Assembly: GCA_010093995.1 (NCBI GenBank)
Contig: ML992502.1
Location: 1,344,711 to 1,408,710, forward strand
Source: Elsinoe ampelina
Taxonomy: Eukaryota
Length of the DNA: 64,000 nucleotides
Reading direction: 5' to 3'
Below are positions 1 to 11,378 of this stretch, in pieces; position 1 is the stretch's first letter, and each line of letters begins with the position of its first letter. The translations under genes were made by a program, and so were the position numbers. The notes under the pieces were generated by a model. It worked only from the letters and a program-made list of their open reading frames with translations. It was not told where the DNA came from and did no database searches.

Positions 1-213
1 TACTAAACTAAGGTAGATTATAACTATATAAATACTTAACCTAATAAACTAAGAGATAGATAAATTAATAGAACTCCTAAGTAACAACAGATTAAGACAA
101 TAACTATCTAATTTAATCATGAATTAGTAAAATGGTAAGATAGTGTTCAGTTCAACCTTGGGATGAACTAAATCAGGGTCTTCTTGGCGCTCCAGCTTAT
201 GCCTCGGTTGACA
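1..213 (-). mobile_element. LTR of a Copia-family retrotransposon (RIP-mutated), truncated by the window edge; related to but distinct from the LTRs at 11832 and 16902
   Basis: The reverse complement starts TGTCAACCGAGGCATAAGCTGGAGCGCCAAGAAGACCCTGATT and aligns along its length with the LTR TGTCAGCCGAGGCAGAAGATACAACGCCAAGAAGGACCCTGATT. Shared blocks include TTATTGTCTTA, ACTTAGGAGTTCT and TATCTCTTAGTTTATTAGGTTAAGTATTTATATAGT. TpA-rich. Confidence 0.9.
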
Positions 214-444
214 GCCTTCACCTTCAATCTTGTTTGTACACAGTCGCCCGTAGTCAATGACCGCAGCAACTTTCCACTAGCCATACGCCTGTCTATCGCG
301 CATCTCTTGAACCATGAGTAGCCACCGGTGCGTCTCGGCCTGAACCACGCACCCACTGTGACCTGCACCTTGGACGAACACCCCATTGCGCACTGTCATC
401 TCGACCTCCGATCCTCCATCCAACGCCCACAGCTTCTATTCACC

Positions 445-1308
445 ATGGCCACAACCGCTACCCGACTCGCCGGCATGGACATACCCACCAGCAGCACACC
501 CGTCCCGCCCCCCATCCCCACCGACCTCGAGTCCCAAACCACCCACAGCGTCACCCCACGACCCTCCCGCTCCTCACTCCCCCTCGACCGCCGCCCCTCC
601 CGCAAATCAATCCACTCGCAACGCTCCCGCGCCAGCCTCGCCGCCCACACCGCACCCGACCGGGACCTGCCCCCTCTCCCACCTCCCGGCCCGCAATACA
701 GCATCACCACCTCCTCCCTCCAACCCGCCGCCTCCGACCCTGCCCAGGACACAGCCACCCAAGCGCTCCACTCCCCCTTCCCCGACGACGACGCCCCCGA
801 CCCCGACCCCGACGCGGAAGACATCCCCTGGGGCCCCACCCACCCCTGCTTCCCGCACCCCAACCCCCACGTGGCCCGCGACAGCGAGGCCTACGCTTCC
901 ACCCGCGTGATCCGGATTCAACGCGACTACCTCGTTGCCGGGGACGCGTATCCCCAGTTCCAGAACGTGTATCCTGAGATATTGGCCGAGTGGATCAGCG
1001 AGGACGAGTTCAGGGTTGTGATTGAGGAGGTGAATACGAGGTGTAAGACGGCGTTTGATCCCGAGGGGGCGAGGGCGAAGGTGGATGCTTTGCTGGGGGT
1101 GTTGACGGGGTTTGTGTGGGATGATCTGGGCGTGACGGGGGTGAAGAGGGGGGTGAAGGGGTTGGAGGCGTGGATGGAGGGGTGGAATTCGGGGAGGGAG
1201 GGGAGAGGGGAGGAGGGGAGGTTGGTGCCGTTGAGGACGACTGGGTGGTTGAATCTGGATGTGGTGATTCCGGATCCGGGGATTGATGTTGTGGAGGAGG
1301 AGAGGTGA
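445..1308 (+). CDS. ERF4: Ras palmitoyltransferase accessory subunit Erf4 / golgin A7 family
   Basis: ATG in CACCATGG context. Low-complexity N-terminus followed by WGPTHPCFPHPNPHV...TRVIRIQRDY...YPQFQNVYPEIL...LVPLRTTGWLNLDVVIPDP, typical of fungal Erf4. Confidence 0.85.
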   Translation: MATTATRLAGMDIPTSSTPVPPPIPTDLESQTTHSVTPRPSRSSLPLDRRPSRKSIHSQRSRASLAAHTAPDRDLPPLPPPGPQYSITTSSLQPAASDPAQDTATQALHSPFPDDDAPDPDPDAEDIPWGPTHPCFPHPNPHVARDSEAYASTRVIRIQRDYLVAGDAYPQFQNVYPEILAEWISEDEFRVVIEEVNTRCKTAFDPEGARAKVDALLGVLTGFVWDDLGVTGVKRGVKGLEAWMEGWNSGREGRGEEGRLVPLRTTGWLNLDVVIPDPGIDVVEEER

Positions 1309-1560
1309 GATGGGCGGACGGGGACTTGTTCATAGGTTTGGTCATGATCGGGGTTCGCTAGCGATGGTGTTCATGGGTATTTGGGTGTAGATAGCATGTA
1401 ATTTTGGGTCATCGAAGCTTTCTTCGAGCCATGGCTGCCAGTGATGGCGGCAATGGTATTTTACTAGTCTTCCTCCTCTGAATCTCTGGTTCCTGTCCTT
1501 CTATCCTCCTCGGTCGATTCTGTCCTGGTGAAGTACCAACACTGGTCGGTGAATTCGCCA

Positions 1561-2388
1561 TCAGATCTTGACCTTCCTGCCCGGCTGGCGCTTCTTCGGA
1601 AACGACACGGTGTTTCTTGGCTTGCGGTGTCGCTTCTTGTCGATGCGAGCAGACTTGGCTTCTTTCCTCCTCTTCTCTTCCTTTCTGCTGACCGTGGTTG
1701 TCTTTTCGGCACCATCATCGTTACCGGCATTATCGACGTCCATGTCCGCATCTATACAACCGACGTCATGTCAGTCATTCGTTATCGGATACACATAAAT
1801 ATTGCCCAAGGCATAACAAGCGGCCGTTGTAAAGTTTCACCCTAAACCGTTGCGCGGGGTTGAATCAAATTCGAGGACGAGATGGCCTGAATTGTCAAAT
1901 CCCCTAATGTCTGCGCATACGCCCAAGGTGTGATAGAACAACATCTCTTCAGCCTGCTGGTGATTCGCGACGTGGTTGGTCGGGGTGGGAAAGGTGTCTT
2001 GTAAGGCCGAAGATGGCGGGGTTGGAGGAGGAGTGAGAGGCAGATGGTGCTTGGCATGACCGAGCATGGCTTTTGGGATGGGAATGGAAAGAGAAGAGCG
2101 CAACGCACCATCTGCGTGTCCGCTGTTCTCCTTCGATTCCTGCTCTGCTGCTTTCGAGTCTGTGAATTGTATAATCAGGGAATGTCCATCGCGGAACAAA
2201 ATTTGTGTGTGCCCACCTTCTGTCTTTTCAATGTCCATGTCCGTCGTTGCTGCTTTTGGCTGTGACGCTAGCTCCACTAACTTCTCTGAAAGGCGTTTCG
2301 TGCGTGCATCTTCGACGGGGCCGAACACTCGAGACTTGAGCCGGGAGCGGTTGGTCTTTCTGATACTTGATCGTGAGCTCTTCGCCAT
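1561..2388 (-). CDS. DUF2423 (YBL028C-like) small basic nucleolar protein; 3 exons (approx. 2388-2217, 2159-2109, 1751-1561)
   Basis: N-terminus MAKSSRSSIRKTNRSRLKSRVFGPVEDARTKRLSEKL matches the DUF2423 pattern. GT..AG introns at 2216-2160 and 2108-1752 (CTGAC branch) join in frame to a K/R-rich last exon ending RKPRNTVSFPKKRQPGRKVKI*. Confidence 0.8.
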
Positions 2389-3074
2389 AATGTGCTGTGT
2401 GAAATGAAGAGGAAAAAAAGAAGAGGGAGGACAAGGTGTCGGCGGTGTGAAGAGTTGCGTGTTGTTGCAGGCGAGAGAAGGGAGGGAAGGCGCGGGAGCC
2501 AGAAAAAGAGAGGGCTCGCGGATTTGGCTTCTGGCTGCTTTGACTCGGAGCGAGCAATAATGACTGCGGGCACCTGACACGCAGCCAGTCACAACGCCAG
2601 CAGAGCCAGCAAAGCACCCGACTCGTGCGGGCATGCGACTGTCCGCCAAGACCTGGCGTGAAGAGCCGCTTTCTGCTGTTCTACACCTCCATCATTGCGA
2701 ACGAGCACCACTTGGCTGTGGCTGCAACTATGGGTATGCCATTTCAAGAGATCTCTGGTCGCGCTTGACCATATCTATACCATACGAATGAGCGACATCT
2801 GAACTTCTTGGAAGTTGGACGCGCCTCCTCGTTTGTTCACGTGCGACGTCACCACCTCGAATTTCCTTCCGCCGAAGACGCCGTAGTGAACTTGACCACG
2901 CTCAACTTCACTCCACCAACTCAATTCAATGACTCCCAACAAGGTTCCCGCACGCTCTGCAACCCAGCCTCCAACTTCTAAATTCACATCTGAACTGGAA
3001 CGACATACCCTCCCCGATCGACGGTGAAATACCCGTGGCCGGCCTATATCAGGTCGAGTCCGCTTACCAGAAAT

Positions 3075-5034
3075 ATGGCCTCCAACGCATTACCCGCCGC
3101 GAGGGCACAAGCTGTTGCCAGGCTCAAGACTTTGACCAACCAAGAGTTGAAAGAGATCTGTAGAACAGAACATCTGGCGGTGTCGGGAGTGAAAGCGCAA
3201 CTCCAAGGCCGCATCATTGAATGTGAGTGAGGAAGCTGCGCCACATGGCAGGCAAGTCCGACATTTGAACAACAGCTGATCTACTGTAGTGATTGATAGG
3301 GCTATCGATGGTAGTAGCATGACGGTCTTCGAACGAGTAAGAGCAAAGATTCACAATAAGGGCACTGCCCCTCCTCCACAATACCAGAACACGGGCTACA
3401 ATTCCTCTGCAAGCCCCACCGCTCCATTCTCACAGCATCGACCTTCACATATCACAGGCACACCACAAGGTGGTGTTCCAGGTTCCGGCTACCCTCGACC
3501 CAACCTGCCAGTTCCCGGGCAGAGGGTTCCGGGAAGAATGGTCTTCAAGAGTAGTCCCTTTTATCACATCCAAGAAGCTCTCACGCCTGTGCAGGATCTC
3601 ACGGGTGAGTCTCCAGAGAAGCCCCTGTCAAGTGAATCTGACTCCCGAGCAGAGATGCCGCAGAACAGACACCAGGTCAATTATTCTCTCGTGCTTAGCG
3701 AGAGTGTGTCTCATCGATTGAGGGAAGATTCTTCACTCAAGGTCATGATGTATTGCACATCCTCTTCCATACTCGGTCAATACGAACTCTGCGACATCGC
3801 ATTTCCTTCTCAGATGGACGTGCGTGTCAATTCGGATGAGGTTCGCCACAATTTCAAAGGTCTTAAGAACAAACCTGGAACAACGAAGCCAGCCGACCTC
3901 ACCCCGTACCTCCGAAAGAACATACCCCGCTTCCACAACCAAATGCAGATCAACTATGCGCTGACCTCCAAGCGGTACTCGTGGATTGTCAACCTAGTCA
4001 AGAAGGCCTCCGCAGAGGAGCTGACAGAGAGAGTTCGCACTAATCGAGTTATTTCCAAGGACTCGGTCGTGCGTGAGAGTAAGTTGCTAACATATCGCAT
4101 CGCTCTGACTTGTGGATCCTGATTTGCAACAGTGATCAGCAAGGCCAAGGATCCGGACATTATTGCCACATCTTCAGTCATGTCGCTCAAAGACCCCATC
4201 TCTACCATGCGCATTGATCTACCCTGCCGCTCTACCCTCTGCAGACATAATCAGTGCTTCGACGTGTCAAGCTTCATCCAATTGCAAGAACAAGCTCCGA
4301 CCTGGGCATGCCCAATCTGCAACAAGACCATCTCCTACGAAGCGCTTGCAATCGATCAGTACGTCATGGACATTTTACAGAAAACTTCAAAGTCTGTCGA
4401 ACAGGTCACTGTCGAGCCCGAAGGTGCTTGGAGTGAGATCAAGCCAGAAGAGTCAAAAGCCAACGGCAGAGACAAAAGTCAATCACGTGCTCCGTATGAT
4501 GAAGACAGTGATGACGATTTGGTCGAGATTGACCCAAAGGGTGGTGTTGCGATCAAGAAGGATCCTGCACAGATGACACCCGGGTTGGCACAACACACAC
4601 CTCCGCTGTCTTCGCGCGAGACATCCGCTCCCCAAACATCAGCAGCCCGGCCGAATGGAGCAGGATCCAAGCGGTCCGCTGTCATTGATCTGACATTGTC
4701 GGACGATGATGAACCACCTCGTCCACTCAAGAGATCGGCCGTGAACAGCTACAATACACCAGCAAGTATGCCAGATTTTCGCACTTCATCACATCCTGCG
4801 GCTACTCAACGCCCACCTCCACCTGCAAGCCCCTTTTCAAACTATCAAATCAGCTCTCCGTCATCACCAGCTAACGGAGGGGCACCGCAGGTCCCGCCAT
4901 CTGATAGCAATGGACAGAGGAACGCGTGGCCAGCATCGTACGCTGGGTATGGAAGTCCGTGGACTCTTCCTCTTCCGAATCAGCATGGCTCTCGATCGGG
5001 CCCAAGTCCCGGTCCTGGTCCAGGGCCAAGGTGA
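3075..5034 (+). CDS. SIZ1: SIZ/PIAS-type E3 SUMO ligase (SAP, PINIT, SP-RING/MIZ zinc finger); introns approx. 3223-3289, 3605-3652, 4079-4132
   Basis: SAP-like LTNQELKEICRTEHLAVSGVKAQLQGRI; PINIT-like FKGLKNKPGTTKPADLT; SP-RING SLKDPISTMRIDLPCRSTLCRHNQCFD...WACPICNK; SIM-like VIDLTLSDDDE. Confidence 0.92.
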
Positions 5035-5572
5035 TGATTTGTGTCTCTTAGAGCGCATGTATCGCTCGCCGTTAGATTATTTGGCAAGGCGTTCCGGTGG
5101 TCGCATGGGTAGGGACATGGCTTGGGATGCATTCAAATAGATACCCGATGGATGGGACGACTTTCGGTCAACTTTGCTGGGCAACCGGATGCGAGCGGAA
5201 GATGCTATATGGAACTGCAGGTTTACGATATGGAACATAGCGATCAATATTGAGCTGTACACAAACAACCAGTTGTGGCGTGGTTTTGTGAGACCGACCA
5301 TCTATGCAAGGGTTGTGCACGTTGTGCAGCAATTGGCTGTTCGATATCGGCAGCCCGGCGTTTGCGGACTTTTGCACCGACGACGCCTGAGCTCGTTCGC
5401 AGAAAGTCGAACGGTTTTTGACGGCAAGAAGGGTCTGGCTTCTCGCATGCAAGAAATTGGCGAATCGGAGTACGGACAGCCAGGAACCGGACGCTAGACT
5501 CCGCGCAGGGTCCACATCGGGACCCAATCACACTTCTCCGCCACCGGCGGGCTCCTTTCGAGGGCGCAAAAA

Positions 5573-5582
5573 ATCATACGAT
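5573..5582 (+). promoter_or_regulatory. Putative sterol regulatory element (ATCATACGAT) about 240 bp upstream of ERG3
   Basis: ATC-N4-GAT element resembling the SREBP/SrbA-type site described in Aspergillus, located upstream of a sterol-pathway gene. The motif is short, so a chance match is possible. Confidence 0.45.
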
Positions 5583-5823
5583 GCGCGTGCGACCTTGCGA
5601 TTAATCAAACGTGACCGGCTCCCGATGTCAAAATACAAACTACGCCCCTCACGATTTGGTGAGATACATTTCAAAGCACACTTTGCTCAAGACATCTTGA
5701 TTGATTGTCCAGAGCATTCACCCCTGGTCACACGAAACACAGGAACAAACCATCCCCAATTTCCACGTTCCGCTCCGAAAACAATCACAAACCCCTCACC
5801 GCTGACCCCGCGTTGTTGGCGCC

Positions 5824-6851
5824 ATGGATATTGTCCTCGAGGTCTTCGAGACCTTTATAGGTGACCGCATCTACGCGAGCCTCCTCCCTCTCAAGCAAAC
5901 ACAACACACATGGAGCCCTCTCGATCTCTTATCGCCTCTGCCGAATGCGACATGGGCGTCAATGGAAGAGCAAGCAATTCAAAACTACAAGTGGGAGCCG
6001 GCGTCACAATTCTTTAGCGTTGAGCCGTCACAATATGCGTACATGAGCAGACTGCCTCGCGACAATGCATGGCGACAGGCAATTAGTTTGTATTTTATCA
6101 CATGGTATGTTTCTTGTCCTACTCTCACAGGCTTCCTGTTGACTTGTGCAGGATCTTTGGGCTTGTCATCTACTTCACCGTTGCTGGACTCTCGTATATC
6201 TTCGTGTTCGACAAGTCGACCATGAAGCACCCCAAGTTTCTCAAGAACCAAGTGCGGAAGGAGATTCGCCAAACCATGGAGAGCATACCGATTATGGCGT
6301 TCTTGACCGTCCCGTTCTTCTTGGCCGAGGTCCGTGGCTACTCGAAGATTTACGACACACTACCCGCCTCATCTCTCTTCTATCTTGGAGGATGGTGGAG
6401 TCTCCTACAGTTCCCTTTCTTCCTCCTCTTCACAGACGCCGGCATTTACGCCATTCATTTGTGGTTGCATACGCCAATGGTCTATAAGCGCCTTCACAAG
6501 CCGCATCATAAATGGGTCCTCCCCTCGCCATTTGCCAGCCATGCTTTCCACCCAGTGGACGGCTGGGCGCAGAGCGTGCCTTACCACGTCTTCCCTTTCC
6601 TCTTTCCCCTCCAGAAGTTCGCCTACATCGCTCTCTTCGCTTTTATCCAGATCTGGACTGTCCTGATCCACGATGGAGAGTTCTACGCAGACAACCCGAT
6701 CATCAACGGCGCGGCATGCCATTCTGTGCACCATCTCGAGTTCTTGGGTAACTACGGCCAATTCACAACACTCTTCGATCGCCTGGGTGGCACATATCGC
6801 AAGCCTGGCAGCGAGATGTACGTCAAGGCAAGGGGAAAGAAGGACAACTAG
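5824..6851 (+). CDS. ERG3: C-5 sterol desaturase; one intron approx. 6105-6151
   Basis: N-terminus MDIVLE..D; three histidine boxes HLWLH, HKPHH and HSVHH; SPFASHAFHPVDG; NYGQFTTLFDRLGGTY. Confidence 0.95.
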
Positions 6852-7244
6852 AGTGAGCAGAGTGTCCAGTCTTGGAAGCACCAAAATTGTATAGATTTTC
6901 ACATCAACGAGACATGATTGGTCTCTCTCCATTTAGGAGGTCCTGCTTCAGAGCATGGCGTCGGCGTTCATTCGGGACCGGGAAGCAGGCCAAACACCGC
7001 TCGTCTCTTCGCTTCAGCGACGAAGGACTTACAGATAGACTTAATTTCACGAGGAATCATGATTCTCACTTCACTGCAACTCTTATATGTCTACTTCTTC
7101 GACTCCACGTAATCTATTGTATCTACCTCCACACCCGGGGTCCGTATCGATGACTCAACACCGAACGCTTCAACCATACCAGTACAAAGCGGGTTCCAAG
7201 AAACGCACGGGATACCACTTGTTTCCGCTACCAATCACCCTCTC

Positions 7245-7291
7245 CACTAAAGCACTGGTCACTAAAGCACTGGTCACTAAAGCACTGGTCA
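7245..7291. repeat. 15-bp tandem repeat (CACTAAAGCACTGGT) x3
   Basis: Three perfect consecutive copies in the ERG3-GH72 intergenic region. Confidence 0.9.
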
Positions 7292-8205
7292 TCTAATCCA
7301 CGGTTTTTCACGATGAAGTCCGGCTTTCCGGCAGACTGCACTGGCTTCGATGATCCAAACTTCGACTGAAGCAACCTTGTGGAGAGAGCGCAGATCACAA
7401 AAATGTACAAACATGCTTCCTGACTAGGTCTGATTCTGCCATGCAAGACCTCATGCTTAGAATTGACCTCCCGCCGGACGTCGATGGTCCTTGGTCGGTT
7501 TGCTCTATACCAAGGGGAGATGGGTGGGACGGCGAGTCTTGAGGCTTTGCAGTACACTACTGTATCATGATGAAATCCAAGCCCTTTGCGGGTGCATTGA
7601 TGAAGAAGATAGCTGGTAGTATAGCAGTATATCGGGGAGGTCAATCCATGACAGATTAAGCTTCGGCTAGTCAGATCAAGAATCGGGACAAGATGCACAA
7701 GACTTCTCGCAGGGCGATTCACGACCGAGCGGCACAGTTCTACCAGTCCTACCTTCACTCATCACTCACTCTATATATGTCTCCAGCCTGCTTCTTTATC
7801 CTCTCAACACCAGACGCGATAGGCTCTCCTGCCCTGGCCCTGAAACGGCGAACCATGTCGAGCGCAATCTCGGGTGTGGCGCCATTCCCGACACGAGAAA
7901 TTTGGGGGTGGTGTACGGGGAGGGCCTTTTGCGATTAGCCCGTAGCGGTAGTGGGTACATTACCTTCCACGAGCGAGCGTCTTCCAACTTTCTTTCCAGC
8001 AGCCTTCTCAACCCTCCTCATCTGCAGCTTTCGTCGTGATTATCGCTTCGACGACATCTAGCTTTCATACACTCGTTTAGACCTGTTGTCTAGATTCCCG
8101 TATCAGCACCCTCGTTACACCCTTTAAATAGTAATTTCAGTTAAGAAAGGCCATTGTTTATCTCCGTTGAAGGATCAACGACCTTTCGCAGAGCACATAT
8201 ACATC

Positions 8206-9686
8206 ATGGTCGGCCGCGTATGTTCACACTAGGCACTGATCTCTACACGTGACTAACGATGCTGGCACAGTCGCTTCTCTCGAGGGCTGCGGTGCTCCTC
8301 GCGTCCGTATCTTCAGTGCTCGCCGCGCTCCCACCAATTCAGGTCCGCGGATCCAACTTTGTCGACAGCTCAACTGGTCAACGCTTCGCAGTTCTTGGAG
8401 TCGATTACCAGCCAGGTGGGCAGGGCGCATATGGCACAGGAAAGGGTGACCCCCTCAGCGATCCAGACGCTTGTCTGCGCGATGCTGTGGTCATGCAAAG
8501 ATTGGGAGTCAATACAATTCGTATCTACAACATCGACTCGTCGCTCAATCACGACCAATGCATGAGCATCTTCGACATGGCCGGTATCTACGTCGTGCTA
8601 GACGTGAACTCACCACTTTCAGGGGAGTCTATTGATCGATCGAACCCGAAGGGGACGTACAGCGCGGATTACCTGTCGCACATCTTCGCCGTTGTGGAAG
8701 CCTTCAAGGACTACCCCAATCTTCTGGCCTTTTTTGCTGGTAATGAGGTTATCAATGACCTACCAACAGCAGCGGACAATCCTCCGGTCATGCGCGCCGT
8801 GCAGCGTGATCTGAAGAACTACATCGCTCGCCATGCTCCACGCACGATCCCGGTAGGCTATTCCGCCGCCGATGTGCGTGAGATCCTCCAGGATACCTGG
8901 GAGTACCTGCAGTGCAACAACAACGACAACTCGTCCGCCGACTTCTTCGGGCTCAATTCCTACTCGTGGTGTGGTAGTACTGCAACGTTTGACACGTCAG
9001 GTTACGATGACATCGTGAAGATGTTCGCGAGCACTGCGATCCCCATCTTCTTCTCCGAATACGGCTGCAACGAGGTCATGCCCCGTGTTTTCAACGAGGT
9101 TCAAGCTCTGTATGGGCCAAACATGACCACCCTTTCTGGCGGGTTGATCTACGAATATTCATCGGAGGGCAACAACTACGGCCTCGTTACCATCAACTCC
9201 AATGGCTCCCTCAACCTTGGTGTGGATTTCGTCAACCTGGTAGGACAGTATAACAAGGTGGACATTGGACTGCTCGAGTCTGCCAATTCGACGTCTGAGA
9301 ACCAGAAGGCCCCAGCCTGTGATGCCAAACTCATCCAGGAGAAGGGTTTCTCGACTGATTTCGATATTCCTGGTCCTCCCTCTGGTGGGCAACAACTGAT
9401 CAACCGCGGCATCCAAAACCCTCCCAAAGGCTCCCTCGTAAGCGTGACCGCCACGGCCGTCAAGCAGCCTGTGTTCAACACCAATGGAGCGGCAATCCAG
9501 AATCTGGTGCTCAAGCAGAGCAACGGCTCAAACACACCTAGCGGGGTCAGCTTCGACGACCCGAACAGCGGTAGCGGAAGCGGGTCTGCTGCTGCTAGCC
9601 CGAGCCCAAGTGGCGGCGCATCTGCCGTGGCTGTTGGCACTGGTAGCATCCTGGCCGCCATTTTTGGTGTGGCGGCGATCTTGTGA
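8206..9686 (+). CDS. GPI-anchored 1,3-beta-glucanosyltransferase (GH72, Gas/Gel family, no CBM43 seen); 12-nt first exon, intron 8218-8270
   Basis: Signal peptide; GVDYQPGG, DPLSDPDACLRD, FFAGNEVIN, ADFFGLNSYSWCG, PIFFSEYGC; Ser/Gly linker and hydrophobic GPI signal. ATG GTC GGC CGC|GTATGT...CAG joins in frame. Confidence 0.93.
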
Positions 9687-10250
9687 TTGGGCGTCGACAG
9701 GACATATACCACCCGCATTTTTATCACCAGGATTTCATTTCGGTGCACAAAGCTTCATCGGTAGCGTCTTGAATACAAAGTTTATTGCTTCTTGGACAAT
9801 TTGTATCTGGCCAGCCTCCGATCGGCAATTGTAGCCCGGCAAGCCTTATGAACCGTCAAACATGATCAGGCGTCCCGTGACCAACATGACAGGTTGAACG
9901 AAGGAACACTACTGCAACAATCTATGGCACTTGACCGTGTATACGTAGATACTTTCTGACGCTGCCCATCCTGCAGTCGCCCGAGCTCCAGATCTGACCA
10001 TCCATGGAACGCCTCACTGGGTCACGATCTGAATTATCACTTGTGCTGGTCCATTCACTCCTCATCCAATCCTGCTAGCACTTATACACCCTGTGGTACG
10101 TACACGTGGAAACCGATCGCGTCTGCATTTATATCATGTGGGCTCTTCAAATCCGCGTGGGACAAATTTCGCCCCTTCTCTTAGTCTGTTCTACATTAGT
10201 GACCAGCCCATCGCTCGTTACTTTCTCCATAAGCTGGAGAACCACTTACA

Positions 10251-11378
10251 ATGAGGTCATTCGCTCTCATTGCCATTTTACTAACCATCATAACATGTCT
10301 GGCAAACGCAGCGCCAGTCTCACTGAAGCTCGATCGTCGAGGAGACGAGAAGTCGTCCAAAAGCAATCCGCCAACAAATTCCCAGGCTTCTCAAGGATCG
10401 CAACAGTCTCCTGTCGGGCCAGCTACACCTGGTGCTGCAAATGAAGACACAATCGCGACATTCCCGGAAACCCTTCCTAACAGCGAGACCAACCCTCCCC
10501 CAAAGTACCCTGGGAAGGGCATGGAGAATGATGGTCACGAGGTGGAACACCCGGAGTCAAATTCTGCTGAAGCCCTCGCACAAAACTCAGGGGAGCATCG
10601 CGATGGGTTGCCGGAGAACGTACAGCCACAGCCAACAAGCAGCTCTGATGAGAAGAAGCCAAAGAGTTCCGATGGCCAAGGGTCACCGGCTAAACCTCCG
10701 CCACCTTCTCCGCCCGGTGAACGACCCACTCTTGCCCCTCTCACCACCGACTTTACCCCTGTGATCTTGCCGGTCTCGCGCAATTATAACGCAGATACGG
10801 GCCTTGACGATATATTGGACACGCCGGCTTCGGGCGGGCTTGGGCCCCAAACAGTGCCTCTGCCCCAAGCAGCGCCTGATCAGCCGCCGTCGAATCCGCC
10901 GCCAGGCTCTCAAGAGAAATTGCAGCCGCCTTCGCCGTCGTCGGAGAAATCGACAACCAAGCAGGACAGCACTGCGCCCAGCAGCCCTGTGCCCGATAGT
11001 CCTGCGTCTGACAAGACCGTGACCACTAATGGCGCACAGAGCCCGCACCAGGACACACAGAGCCCACAGTCCCCATTGCCCCCAGCGTACAAGACAACAG
11101 AGAACAGCCCTATCTCTCCGAATATGCAGCAACACAGCGGTATTCAATCGCTTACCGGAGTCATGAAAGATCAGACGCCACCCACACCATCGGATCCCCC
11201 ACCTTACAAATCTGGGAATCCGATCTCACCATCTCAGAAAAGCCCTACAAGTCCACCTGGGCAGCAGTCAGATTCACAGTCCACGACACCAGCTTCGCCA
11301 ACACCTTCTTCGCCAAAGACGGCTACTTCCTCTCCAACGACACCGACGAAGCCGAAGCCAGGAGGGAAGAAACCTTAG
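10251..11378 (+). CDS. Secreted Pro/Ser/Thr-rich protein of unknown function
   Basis: Intronless 375-aa ORF with signal peptide MRSFALIAILLTIITCLANA, AP pro-region and Kex2-like LDRR. TATA-like TTTATAT upstream. No recognisable domain. Confidence 0.75.
   Translation: MRSFALIAILLTIITCLANAAPVSLKLDRRGDEKSSKSNPPTNSQASQGSQQSPVGPATPGAANEDTIATFPETLPNSETNPPPKYPGKGMENDGHEVEHPESNSAEALAQNSGEHRDGLPENVQPQPTSSSDEKKPKSSDGQGSPAKPPPPSPPGERPTLAPLTTDFTPVILPVSRNYNADTGLDDILDTPASGGLGPQTVPLPQAAPDQPPSNPPPGSQEKLQPPSPSSEKSTTKQDSTAPSSPVPDSPASDKTVTTNGAQSPHQDTQSPQSPLPPAYKTTENSPISPNMQQHSGIQSLTGVMKDQTPPTPSDPPPYKSGNPISPSQKSPTSPPGQQSDSQSTTPASPTPSSPKTATSSPTTPTKPKPGGKKP

Noticed and set aside
386..1345. Long alternative-frame and antisense ORFs over ERF4 (similar cases over the FIG4 3' end, BMT5, DUF89 and ZTA1)
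   Set aside because: These Pro/Thr- or Gly/Val-rich shadows arise because extreme C or G skew removes stop codons. No domain signatures.
7245..7291. Possible CRISPR-like repeats
   Set aside because: Adjacent tandem copies without spacers, in a eukaryotic genome with no cas genes.
7228..7758. 176-aa minus-strand ORF ending in a DQCFS repeat
   Set aside because: Non-ATG start and no recognisable features; the peptide repeat is just the 15-bp DNA minisatellite.
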